Positions 52,101 through 64,000 of a DNA stretch of 64,000 bases are shown one piece after another (the first letter of the stretch is position 1; every line of letters starts with the position of its first letter). A program made the translations under genes and the position numbers. Source of the stretch: Ancylonema sp. (taxonomy: Eukaryota); contig JBFLGF010000072.1 in the NCBI GenBank assembly GCA_050230475.1, positions 1 to 64,000 of the forward strand, read 5' to 3'. The notes beneath the pieces are model-generated. The model was not told where the DNA came from and searched no databases. It saw only the letters and a program-made list of their open reading frames with translations.

Positions 52101-53236
52101 ATGATGGCCCATTCCGCCCAATTCGGCGACACTACCTACACGAAAGTCTTTGTGGGGGGTCTCGCATGGGAGACCCAGAGAGACACAATGCGAAATTATT
52201 TTGAGCAATTCGGAGAAATCCTGGAAGCCGTCGTCATCACGGACAGAGTTACCGGCCGGTCTAAAGGCTATGGCTTCGTACGACCCCAACTACACCTCCT
52301 GTTCGCTTGCCTTGAATTCACTTCCCGTGCAGACATGGTTTTGAATAACTTCAGGGGAATGTGGCAGGTCACGTTCAAAGACGCGGAATCAGCACGGAGG
52401 GCATGTGCTGACCCCACCCCTATCATTGATGGCCGCCGAGCTAATTGCAACCTCGCCTCCCTGGGGCAGAAACATAGACAACAAAGTGGTCATCCAGGTA
52501 GGCCCGCAGGGGGTGGATCGCAGCGAGTGGGGTGCGTAAGCTTAGGAGGGGTTGAGATGGAGGGTGTGGACTAGCAGGTGCCCCCCCGGGCTATGGCGGT
52601 GCTCCCTTCGGAGGAGGGGGAGCCGCACCGTTTGGGGCATTTCCACCGCAAGGATTCGCGTATCCACCGTACGGGTAAGGAAAAGTTTGAATTACCTTAA
52701 AGAGGACGGTAGTTATATCCCCTCCTCCCACTCCCCTGCTTGTGCAGATTTCAGGGTGGATACCCGGATGGCTACGGATATCCCCAGGTTAGTAGATTCT
52801 TGTAGCCGCGGCCCAGAGTTTGCGCCCCTTCGCCTCATTTCTGAGGGCAAATTGGGGGTGACGGGGCTTGCAGGGGATGTATGCCTATGGCAGTCCGCCA
52901 TTTGGGGGGCCGCCTGGCATGTTTGGGGGACCAGGAGGGGTCTCTGCCAGCATGTATGGCCCATTCCCAGGCTACGGGCCGGGGGGTTACCCTGGGCCGC
53001 AGTCTTTTGGGCAAGGGTCGGGAATACAGATGGGGGTGGCGTCTCTGTACGGAAGCTCGGGAGGTGGGGGAGGAGGGCCGTTCAGTGGCAGTCAAATCCC
53101 GGTTCCGTCCCCCAGTCCACAGGACACGCAAGGTAGGAGGACGACTTGAGTCGGAGTTGTTAGAGGTGGGCACACATTTGAGAACAGCGAGCTGAACTCC
53201 TCTCTCTGTCGATGGGCAGGTGCACAAGGCAGCTGA
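52101..53236 (+). CDS. RRM RNA-binding protein, RBM24/RBM38/ARP1-like, with Gly/Tyr/Pro-rich C-terminus
   Basis: [18 protein letters not shown] (RNP2), [11 protein letters not shown] (RNP1), [18 protein letters not shown]. Short GT-AG introns. Last exon 53220-53236. Confidence 0.92.
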
Positions 53237-54423
53237 TGACCCCAAAACCCCACTGTACAGTAAGTAGCAGGTAGCCTAGTGGTTGATGTGGGAAGGAGGT
53301 GGGGGGGGGTACCCCCCAGGTGTAGGAGGACGTAAGTAGGCCCCATACTTCACAACGTTTCTGGCTCTCTCAACTTATTGCAAAGGGGCTTTGGTGCTCA
53401 CTGTTTCCGGGGAGAAACTCATTGCACAGTCGCCGCCACCGACTTGAAGGGGGTCAAAGAGGTAGATATCAAGACGGGCAGCCATTCGGTCACATTCCTC
53501 CCATGTATGGCTAGCCAGCTAGAAAATGCTGCCACTCGGGACTCGGTGTAGATATTTGTATCAAGAAGGTGTCTTGAAAGATTCCTTCGCGCTTCAGGCG
53601 ACGGCATGTATTCCCATGTAGACCCGTGCACTTTCCTGTCAGATGCCCCAAGACCCGTGAGCATAGAATGTGCGTCCTGTGCCGCATAAGTTGTTTCTAA
53701 TCTTAGAGTATGAGGCATACCACAACTCAACCGCTATATGTAGACCAATCGCGGGTGCTCGAAGTCAGTTTACAACTCTAATTCCCTTGTGGTCCTCGCC
53801 GTTTTTTGTGTCATTCCATTATTATTAGTATTCACAAAGTCCGATGACACAAAAAAGATAATATATGCACCACTCTGTTGCATATTGCGTACATCGATTC
53901 TCATGAAATGTGGCGGTCTTCTATGGACGGCATATAAGCCGTCGATATTGGGACACGAGTGACATGAGTCCCTTTGAATTTGAAGAGACTTCGTGATTCA
54001 CGGATGACCCTGTCAAAAAGAGGCTTGCATGTATGTGAAGCTAATCAAAAGAAGGCACCTCGCATTTCATATCCGTACAGATTCCAAAGTGACTCAAAGT
54101 TGTTCAAGCAACCCGTGCATCGTAGAGAGCGCACAATGGCTCGGTTGATTAGGATGACAATATCACAAGAATGTAAATATTTTTGCCGCCAACATTGCAA
54201 TCCCCTAAGATATGTGCAATTTTGTCATTGTATCGACTTTGTTATTTCGACTATTATATCGACTTTTTTCCTAAACGCCAAAACTCCACCGATAAAAACA
54301 TTATGAACCACGCTGTAGGAGACCACAGAACGAGCTTTATTATTGCGGGTTTCGTATATGAAGTGAAAACTATCTAAATATATATCCTCTAGCTGGATAT
54401 GCCACAATTATCAATACCGTACT

Positions 54424-56245
54424 GGCCATACATTATGACCCGAAAATAATTTTTGAAAGGGTGGGTCGGGCCATACTAAAGAATCCATTTTTGGGGGTTG
54501 GGTCACGCCATAAACTCCGAAATTTGGCGCAGTTGGTCAACATCGAAAAATCGATTTTATTCGTTTTTTTGCTCAAAGTACACATGTGGTCGGATCCGGT
54601 CGCCCAAGATTCAATCGTGCTCCGGTAGCGGCCTAATCGATCGTCATTGGTTTCCTTTCGCAAATTTAGGGGCGGGAATGGAGACGTCGGGGAATAATTA
54701 AGGTGTACATTTTCCTTACATTTTTGCACCATGCACAAGTCAAACATGATAAACAACTTAGAGTTTCCAGATTTTTATGCCACGGTACACCTTTCAAAAT
54801 GCCGAAAAGTATGGAAAAAACCGAAAGCATGCGGATATCTCCCTCCACACACTCACTTACCACTCACTACGCACTACTCATACTCGATCACTATCTACTC
54901 TTCAATACTCTTCCACTTCATCCTTATTGTCCTCGTTGTCCTCTTCCCGCTCTAAATCTATCAACCAGACATGTGATTCGTGCTCCCCGCCCTTCTCTCC
55001 CTCACCCTCCATCTCCTCCTCATCCACCCTCACCTCGTCCACCCTCACCTTTCCCTTGCGTTTCTTGGTTTCCTTCTCCTCCTCCTTTCGATGGATTTCG
55101 ATTTCGAGCAGTTGTAGCTGATTTCCTAGCATCATACTCCAACTTATAGTCGGCATTTGCTTTTTGTTCACGTAATCTACATTCAAAGCATTCGCATTTA
55201 TCATTCGCATTTATCATTCGCATTCGCGAAATATATTTGTTTAACGGATCTCTTTTCATAACGATCATCGACAAAATTTAGCACGATTGTGGACTCACAG
55301 TTTGTGTTCATGGCTCATAGTCCGCTGCAATCTGCGGCCGCGATCTTGAGCCGACAATGCACCGCACCGAGATAAGGCCTTTAAACGAAAGTGAACGAAC
55401 GAACGGCGAATATATTTGAGATTATCAAATGAAAGTAAACTATTAATTTGTTGTAAAATGAACGGAGGAGCAACGAATCAATTTGAGAAAAAGAAAAGTG
55501 AACGGATTTTTTAGTGTAAAGTGAACGGATGAACGGCGAATAAGTCTGAGATGAAGGAGAGTGAACGGATTTTTTATTGTAAAGTGAATGGATGAACGGC
55601 GAAAAAAACAAAGATAAAGGAAATTGAACGGATTTTTTGGTGTAGAGTGAACGGATGAACACCGGATAAATTTGATAAAATAGAAAGTGAACTGATTTTT
55701 TGGTGTAAAGTGAACGGATGAACGACGAATAAGTTTGAGATGAAGGATATCAAACAGTTTCTTTTTTGTAAAGTGAACGGATGAACAGCGAGTAAAGTAA
55801 AACAGAGATGAATAAATCATAACGGATTTTTCGGTGTAGAGTGAACGGATGACCGGCGAAGAAATTTGAGAAATGGAAAGTTAACGGATGAACGGCGAAT
55901 AAATTTGAAATTTGAAATAGAAAGTAAACAGATTATCAGTTAAGTGAACTCTGTAGTGAAAAAAGAAACCGGAAAAATCATGAAAAAAATGATGGCCGAA
56001 AGTTACTCCCTCAGTGTTTAGAGTACCATATTTAGTATGGTACTCGTGCGGTAAAAATTGCGCGGGGTGGGTCATTGGGGTGGGTCATTTTGCTTTCCGG
56101 GTCACGGTATAAAAAATATTTTTTACCTGGGTCACAATTTTGGGTCACGGGATAATGTATATATATATTTTTCCCGGGTCAGGTTGGTGGGTCACCACAA
56201 AAAGATTTTTTTATTTTTTCCCCCCCCGGGTCATTATGAATGGCC
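54424..56245. mobile_element. Non-autonomous TIR element with 3-bp ACT TSD (PIF/Harbinger-related group, tentative)
   Basis: TIRs GGCCATACATTATGACCCG vs reverse complement GGCCATTCATAATGACCCG (17/19 match). ACT on both flanks (54421-23, 56246-48). Clustered GGGTCA subterminal motifs. Confidence 0.8.
55385..55950. repeat. Degenerate tandem array of ~63-bp units (8-9 copies) inside the TIR element
   Basis: Unit consensus is approximately AAAGTGAACGGATGAACGGCGAATAA.TTTGAGA....GAAAGTGAACGGATTTTTT.GTGT. Confidence 0.9.
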
Positions 56246-59200
56246 ACTACAGTCCTTCGAATGTTGAACTCGTAACGAAATTTCAGGTAATTGTACGAAC
56301 ATAAAAACGCTTTTCTACGCGAGTACAAATGTTTCCACGAGAGCTTCTACAGTGCTCTGATGTAGGTGTTGCATTTCCATTTGTAAATTATAGCTTACCA
56401 CACGCCCAAAGATTCGATGGCATAAATCCGCGAGTCCAAACATTGTTCTTAGAGACAAGCTCGCAAGATCCCCCTACAAAAAAAATTGTAGACGCATTTT
56501 ATTTTGTCTATTTGTTAAAAGTATTTCACCCATTTGTTTTGGTTTCTTATATCGGGAATTTATCATGAAATGTATGTAGTACTCACCATAATTACATGTA
56601 ATCGAAATATTAGGAGTAGGAAATGAGATTTGAAACCTGGATCTCATAAATTCTCGTATGGCACCATATGGGAAGACTGGTGACGTCGACAGATTAAAAC
56701 TTCAAAAATCGAGCGAAATTTTAAATATGAGATGGAGAAATACAAAAAGAAGTAGGCGAAAGACAAATATGCCGTGCTAATATTTCTGGTGGAGGTTATC
56801 AATCCTAATGATACATTGAGGGGCTAGTCGGGGTTATACACGGATCTGGGTTATATACAAATGGGTAATATACGAATGGGTGTTCGCTCGTAAATACATA
56901 CGGCACGGTTCGGGCTACGAAATGAAGAAAATATTCCAATATCATGAGGGGAGACCTAGGCCGCACAGATATAGTTCATTAAGAAAAACGCACGGTGAGT
57001 TAGAGAGGTGGACGCCACGCCGACGGCGGGCACATAGTATATGGTGCTCGCATGTTGTGAGCGAGAACGGTCATTTGAACCCTGAAGTCTTTAATTAGCG
57101 TGTATGTGGTATTCCATTAACTACAACAAAATGAATGATATTCGATTTATGTAAACGGTGTAATATTGTAGATCACTTCCACGACAATTCAAACTCTCTT
57201 GTTTGCGTTAACAAGCTATACGTTTTTGTTATGCGTTTGTGCAGAAATCCATGTATGGCAAATCGCATGTAGCATGCGGACGGGCGGTGCTTGTCGTCTC
57301 TGTAGTACGCAGTGCCGAGTAGATGTTATGTTTGCATGGACCGGCATTTTTTATTTTCTAGACCGCGGTAGGACCGGGTCCGGATTCGGAATCCGGTCGG
57401 ACCGGAGAGCTCTTAGGGTTTATTTGCTTGTCTGTCTCTTCGCGTGCAATAACATTATTAAAACACTCAAAAAAAAATGGAGTGTTCTTACTCAAGCTTT
57501 TATTGGTCAAGAGGTTGATTTTTGGTTTTTTTTAAATGGTATGGATTGTTGCATACATATTCACCCTCCGATCATTCCATCTGAAAAGGATGACGAGTCG
57601 GTAAAGTAGTAATATAAGTATGTTAAGTACATATAATACGCCACTAAAATCGCTCTGCCGAATTCGAGTGCTCCATTTGGAACAAAAAATGGATAAAAAA
57701 AATAGAGAGGGAATGGTATTCACACGTATGACCATTTAGAAATTATGAAGGATCACTTATGTGTATTATTTCACTATGATGTGATGACTACTTCACCTTC
57801 CAAAAAATGTGTAGAGTTGTGTAGTATTCTATAAAAATACGCATGGCTGAATCGAAAGATGTCGGATCATGTTTTCATGCGTGTAGTTGAATATTAGATG
57901 TAAGTCGAATAGTTTGGGAGGATATACAATTGAGTTTAACAAACTTATATCATCGATTGCGTAAATAATATGTTGATATGTTACTAATATTCATATTTGA
58001 ATGCAAATCATTCTAGTATGTTATTTAAAAAAGACTGCATGAAAAATAAATAAGAAATGGTACGCATTCTTATCCCAACCAATTGGGTAAGAAAATCTCC
58101 CCAGGTGTTATTTCAAAGGTTTCTAATAATAAAATAGGCTCCTACTCCTTAGCATTCTAGGTTTTCATAACTTATTCGTTGTAAAACAAAATTATATGTT
58201 TTTTTTTACTTGGTACAATGCAAATGAAAAAAAAAAAGAGCACATTTTTTTGTTTTTTTGTTTTTGGGAGTTATTCTCTACAGAAAGCCTCTTGGACCAA
58301 CCAACCCTAAATAGAAGGTCCAATTTTTTGGCCTACAAAGACGGACCACGGTCTGCAACCGAGACCTCGGAATCCCAGTCCGCTATTCCGTGCAACTTTG
58401 GTGAAAGTCCACTTCCGGGCACGTACAAAGTGTAGCGTACAATTTGCTTTGGCAAGGGACAATATTTTTTCCCGTTCCTGGTGCGGTAGAGGGGCGAAGA
58501 TCGTGAAATTACATTGTAAATTACCATGTAAATTACCCTTCCGAGTCCAAGCGCAAAAACGCGTTCAACAAGCCATTAGGTCCATCGGCTCCCATGGCTT
58601 CATCATGTTGGCCAAGTTTGGATGACTAGGACTCCTCTGTCTTATCTTACTCCTTTGATTAGAGTGTGGGAAGCCAAGAACCTCAAGACCCCATGAGATT
58701 TGAGCTCATGGAGCATTGCGAGCCCGGAGCCGAGCCAGAAGCCACGAGCCTTGAGACCAAGGGTCAAGCATCACAAATTTTCGGCAGTGACGGCGTTTTT
58801 AATGTCGAACTTCGACAAGAACACACAAACGCATCGATACATCATATGTCACATAGAATCAGATAAACGTGTTTTCGAAAGGCATCGCTCTTCCATGTCG
58901 TCCAAATGATATTTTTTTCTCTCCAAATATCTTATGATTATTCGACTCCCACATCTTCGTGAAAACTCAACAAAATATTTAAACATACAATATACACATC
59001 TAAAGCATCAAGCACAATTGTATAGAAGTCATGTTATCCGAATCATGATACGTACGTCCAATCATAGACGGATCACATTTAGCAATCTCGTCATGTGGTG
59101 TTCACTCAAATCGGTTTCGAGTCCTTATTGCTAAATCTGACTGCGATTGAAATGTGTTTTTTCAAACCCTCGTTTTGTTAAAAAAGACAAAGACACTAAT

Positions 59201-60077
59201 TGAGAAAGTCTTTAGTAAGTAATAAAGATTTAAAGAAATTTGGTTAAAAGTTGTCTACTGCGTATACGCGACATTCATGTTGGGTAAGTGCACGACGCGA
59301 CTAACATGCCTCGAAGAAACGTTCATCATAAGTCATTCATATGTATGCATGCATGGGCGCGCGATATAATCATGTTAACGTCCAATCCCAGAGAATGTAT
59401 TTTTTCTCCATTGATTTGTTATGTTTTTTTATATGTTTAGGGCATTGGGGTCGGGCGTTCGGGCGTTGGAGTCCGGGCTACAAGTTTCATTTTGGACTCG
59501 GCTGATCCTCTGGATCCGGGCTCCCGAATTCTAGCATTGCGCCCACAACCGTTCCGCGCACGGACCGGTTGTTGCTTCGTTCTCCAGACTTTCCACTTAG
59601 TTGTTGCATCGTTAGGGCATTGCTTATGGACGATGAATAACCAGATGAATATGAATTAATCATTACCCGTATTCATCACCATATGAATAATTCGGGGTCC
59701 CGCCGATCCATTCCGGTCCGGTTTTGAGGTCCTACTTACGGCAAATGAATAAATGCCGTTTAACGCATCTTCCGCTATGCACGAAATAATTTACACGTGT
59801 GATTGCCACGTCGGTAAACCTACAGTACCCTTATAATGGTACCCCCGACAGCAGCGACTAGTCTCCTCGTTCCTGCCGCCTCTCTCGCCTCCTGGACTCA
59901 AAACATCGGTTTAGCGCAGACTCTATCTCGGTCGAGTCGTTGTCAATCCTTCGTCTTGAAAGTTGACTTCAATCAATTGAAAAGATATGTGTGGAGAATG
60001 TGCAGAGGTATCGATAGTGACTCTACGAGTAGGGAGGTGAGATTGAGCAAGAAGAGCGTGATACACGGCGCGCGTCC

Positions 60078-60782
60078 ATGACAGCGAGAATAGAAAATCT
60101 GAAATTCAAATTAGTCGGCGGAGGACATCATGCGAAGCGGATCATGAATTACGAGGAACAAAAGACTGAGACGAATGCTTTTTGGTTTATAGCGAAAGAG
60201 AAAGACGAGGACGGTAATTTTATTCAGGAAGAGGTACTTTCTAAATTTTCAGATGATAAATTTGAGATGCGAATCAGAATGCCGAGACCCTTGTTCATGA
60301 GGCTGATCAAAGAAGCCTCTATTCCAGGGAACTGGGTGCGCCTACTTTACGAACGGACCGGAAGGGCCGGACGCGGCCGGAAAGTGGGGTGTCATCTGCC
60401 TCCCGAAGATGTTTGCATCGTTCAAGCAGTTGGCTTATGGTGTCGCGGCAGACGCGATTGAAGAGATGCCAAGTGCATACATTGTTTTACAACTTTTGAT
60501 GTTATGAAATGCCCTATGCATGCTCCACAATATGACAATCTGGTACAAACAGGAAGTAGTGGTGAGATGAGAGGCGTATTAGAGTTGAGCGGACTTCGCG
60601 TACTAGGCTAGCTTGTGAGGGTCCCATTTGATAAGTACTTCACTTACCAAGTTCGTGTCCAGAATACGGGGAGTCACAATGCTCTTCAACTAAAACTCAT
60701 CGAGCATTTGTGGAAAGAGAAGCCCCACATCTTGGCTAGACGTGAAGCTAGAAGGGCAGCTAGGGGGAGAGGGCAAATCTAG
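60078..60782 (+). pseudogene. PIF/Harbinger (Plant_tran-type) transposase remnant, frameshifted, with the DDE core deleted
   Basis: FEMRIRMPRPLFMRLI; after a frameshift GKWGVICLPKMFASFKQLAYGVAADAIEE; C-terminal HNALQLKLIEHLW. These resemble the FRRRFRM, LAYG..AD and HxxLxxDLIEHLW motifs of this family. Confidence 0.8.
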
Positions 60783-61689
60783 GACACTTCTAGGAAGGGG
60801 ATAAGCCCCATTGTATATATGTGCCGAATTTGACAGACAAGCCCCACTCTACAAAGTTGTTAATAAGTGTTTGAACTCCCGTCCAACATTGCGTAATTTG
60901 TCACTATTGAGTATTTGGACTCTTTGGCATTGCTTAAAGGTTTTTGTGTGGTTCACTCCAATAATGCAGAAGTGCAAATTGTGACAAAAAAAACACCTTT
61001 CACATTACTTAGTATCTCAGATTGAAATGAAGACATATGATTCCCGTTGAATCGAGTCATGCTTGTAACGTCATAATGTATATGTTGTTCTCTCAATTTG
61101 AGCACGAGTGAATTGGACTGAAAACCGGGACGGGCCATCTAATTTTCTCACATCTAGGCTTTCTTACGCGTAATAATGTTCACTACGCTTTGACACAATT
61201 GTATTTGCCATTCTTGAGTTTGTCGACTCTATTGCATTGCATTGACATTTTGCCCATGTTCAAACTCATACTGAAGTGCAAATGTGACAAAAACTCACTT
61301 TTAAAAATGGCAATGAAACATATCATTACCATAGTCCGAGTCATGCCCCTAACAATGTTTTCGCACTAATTCCCCCATCTAGAATAATATTTATCATACA
61401 TTGCAATCACTTCCCCCGTTCTACAACAACGCAATCAATATCTTCAATTCCCCCATCCTCTTCATCTGAATCTTCTGGGACATCCTCCAATACGATAGAG
61501 GAGCTCCAGTCGCTCTTGGGGCAAGTATGACTAGGGGCGCACGAGCTAGCGGGAGTCAGGAAGGATCACCGGGGATACAAAAGGGCCTGCATTGAGGAGT
61601 GAAACAGGTTTGTTTTGGCAAGGGGGGGTTGATCACTTCCCGTGCTCAATGCTGAGTTTGTGTATAGCCACGAAACCTTGTGCTCACGC

Positions 61690-62850
61690 TACAGAGGTGA
61701 GAGGGGGAGGGGGGGGTTAGCACACATCTAGATTAGGTAATAAAGGTGTGAGGGGGGGGAGGAAGCTATGCGCACGACTAGTTTAGGTACGGAATGATGC
61801 TTTCATATATATACATACATAACTAAATGCTGTGGTTCTACACGTGATAGGGGGGGGAGGATGCGTGCGCACATCTAGTTTAGGTACTGAATGATGCTTT
61901 CATATATACATACATAACTGAATATACAGGTTATTGAGGTTATTGAGGTTATTGAGGTGATACAGGGGGGGGAAGGCGTGCGCACGACTAGTTTAGGTTC
62001 TCAATGCTGTTTTTATTAATATACTTTTTGAATTGCATGCTGGTTGTAGAGGTTATATTGGGGGGGTGAGTATAGAACCTGAACTTTTTGTGGTTATAGA
62101 AGTGAGAGGGGGGTAGGGAAGACGTGCGCACGACCAGGAATGTTACTGAATGCTGACTTTGTATATAAATATTAAACTTTTTAGTGATTACAGAGGTTGG
62201 AGGGGGAGGGGGGGTCACCTTTTGGTGGGAGAGGCACACCTCTGCACACTGACAAGAACAACTCAACTTTGTACTCACGCTACAGAGGCGAGAGGGAGAG
62301 GGGGAGGGGGAGGGGGGGGCCATGCGCACAAACAGTTTTGGTAATAAAAGCAGAATTTATATATACGTACTAAAGTGAATGTTGGTTATCGAGGTGGGAG
62401 GGGGGGGGGGAGGCCGTGCGCACGGCTAGTTTAGGTACTTAATGATGATATTATATATAAGTACTGAATTGAATGCTGGTTACACAGGTGATAGTGGGGG
62501 TAGGGAGGCGTGGTCATGAGTAGTTTCGGTACCTTATGTTGAGTTTATATATACAGACATAACTGAATGTTGGTTGTAGAGTTGATAAAGGGGGGGGGGA
62601 GGCGCGCGCAGAAGTAGTTTACGTACTGAATGCTGACTTTATGATCAGATACTGAATTGAATGCTCGTTCTAGAGGTGATAGGGGGGGGGGGAAGCCGTG
62701 CGCACGATTTGTTTAGGTACTTTATGCTGAGGTTATACATACACACTGAACTATTTACTGATTATAGAGGTGAGAGGGGGAGGGGGAAGCAGTTCGCACA
62801 ATTAGTTTATGTACAGAAATGTTGGTTATAGAGGTGCGGGGGGGGGGGGG
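61690..62850. repeat. Degenerate ~100-bp minisatellite (G-run + GCGCACGACTAGTTTAGGTAC + AT-rich part), about 10 units, with a ~600-bp higher-order duplication
   Basis: Recurrent GAGGTGA(G)n...GCGCAC(G/A)(A/T)CTAGTTTAGGTAC motif. TGT(G/A)CTCACGCTACAGAGG is duplicated at ~61679 and ~62270. Confidence 0.85.
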
Positions 62851-62852
62851 AC

Positions 62853-63566
62853 CTTTTTGTTGGAGAGGCAGAGCAACAATTCGGCGGCTCGTTTTTCGTC
62901 CACCATACACCCCCCACCATTCCCCCAGAAATTGGCGATTGGATGGTCCTCGTGGCACTTCTTCAAGCTTGTCATGATCTGCACATGACACACATTCCCA
63001 TCTTATCTTGAATGTCATAAGCTATACCATCTGCTGACCATTTGTGATGGCGCGTGTATGCGATGTGTTGATAGCCAACGGTACGATAGATTATTGAGCC
63101 GAATTGGCTATCTCTGATTTTAGTAAATATACCATCAATTGCGAAAAAAATGATGCATTTTAAAACGGCTACCAGGATGACTGCACAGACCCACAACAGG
63201 AAGTGAAGGGGGCTGAGGTGAAGTGTCCAAAAGTCGTGATTAGTGCATGCAAGCAAACGCAGTCAGCACATGCCATGACTGCGGCAGTTCCACAGCCATT
63301 AACGATGAAAATCTGGTTCGACGAGTTACTTGCCTTTAGCGTGAGTGTGCCTCAAGCAATGCCCTAGGTACACCTAGGTTACCTTGGTATAACGTTGTCT
63401 GATGATCACATCGCTGGAGTAAAAAAAACCACGCTAAGCAGGCTAAAACGGCCACGAACAAACACGAATAGAATCCAGTGGCATTCATCTTATGGCATTC
63501 TGATGGATGAGTTTCTTACATCAGCATACCCGTGATTCCTGTAGAGTTTCAAAGGCGGCCAAGCAT
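62853..63566 (-). pseudogene. CMC2-like (COX assembly, Cmc1 family twin-CX9C) gene copy, degenerate, introns retained
   Basis: Exon 63566-63520 ...PPLKLYRNHGYAD|GTAAGA splices in phase 0 to exon 62978-62853 (TGCAG|) IMTSLKKCHEDHPIANFWGNGGGCMVDEKRAAELLLCLSNKK|GT. This resembles plant CMC2 as I recall it (MHPPL.LHRHP.C.EII..FQKCH.DHPI.KFFG.C...K..LD.CF..EK). The ATG is out of frame and the first Cys is replaced by Tyr. Confidence 0.65.
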
Positions 63567-64000
63567 GGATGCCTCTAGCCAATTCCGCTCAGAGAAATCA
63601 TGGAGAATGGACAGCGTTAGTAGCCGATGGATAGCAGAATTTTCACATAAAGATACTTCGCTACTCCTCTCTCAGTATAGCCATACTTATTCGTTCTTAT
63701 CTGCTAGATAACAGTCCGACATGAGGGTAAGGCAGTATGGCATGTGCTTTTTCGAGGCATGGTTGGACATAGGCTACACGCAATCCCCGAAATAAAGATC
63801 TCTGATCCACGGGAGGACGTGAGATGAGCAAGTGAGTGACATCTGTGACCGCCGAAATTCAGGCGTCGCGCCAAGCGCCAACATTTTGCGCGCTGTCTAT
63901 CGAATGGTGACTCGACACCACGAGTGATTGACTCCTATGCGATTGGCGCAGGGTTTCATCTCACGTGCGCCAGTATTCATCGTCTGATGAATATGGCCTC

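Larger units (their letters stand above)
59615..64000. mobile_element. Decayed PIF/Harbinger-like element; right end uncertain (63364 or beyond the window)
   Basis: TTA|GGGCATTGCTT left end followed by ATGAATA repeats. Contains a transposase remnant. An inverted copy of TAGGGCATTGCTT lies at 63354-63366. Inverted TATTCATCGTC plus GATGAATATG motifs reappear at 63975-63996. Confidence 0.55.

Noticed and set aside
55385..55950. Possible CRISPR-like array
   Set aside because: The segments between the conserved boxes are homologous to each other rather than unique spacers, there are no cas genes, and the context is eukaryotic.
60895..61355. Diverged ~150-bp direct repeat pair about 300 bp apart as LTRs
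   Set aside because: No TG...CA ends, PBS or PPT; it looks like an old local duplication within the Harbinger-like element.
63180..63300. Cys-rich minus-strand frame (GCGTAAVMACADCVC) as a CxC/KDZ transposon domain
   Set aside because: Better explained as intron sequence between the two CMC2-like exons; the frame is broken by stops.

Overview
Eukaryotic nuclear DNA with many introns. The plant-type gene set and the G/C-homopolymer- and microsatellite-rich introns suggest a streptophyte green alga or similar; this is inference only. Nine apparently intact spliced genes can be rebuilt by hand from GT-AG boundaries: a small conserved unknown protein, FORGETTER1/Strawberry-notch, an organellar ribosomal protein S21, a SirB1/transglutaminase-like protein, an SMP-30/gluconolactonase, VPS32/SNF7, a CENP-E-type kinesin-7, a glutathionyl-hydroquinone reductase and an RBM38/ARP1-like RRM protein. 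Intergenic DNA is packed with non-autonomous DNA transposons with readable TIRs and TSDs: pogo-like (TA), hAT-like (8 bp), P-element-like (CATAG termini, 8 bp) and one GGCC-ended element with a 3-bp ACT TSD carrying a 63-bp satellite. One stack is nested three levels deep. The most notable signals are: (1) a decayed Harbinger/PIF-like element at the right end that appears to carry an intron-containing CMC2-like (twin-CX9C) host gene copy; (2) P-like MITEs in a plant-lineage genome; (3) introns whose two ends carry complementary G- and C-tracts, or that lack any polypyrimidine tract. All gene models are manual and need RNA-seq confirmation.
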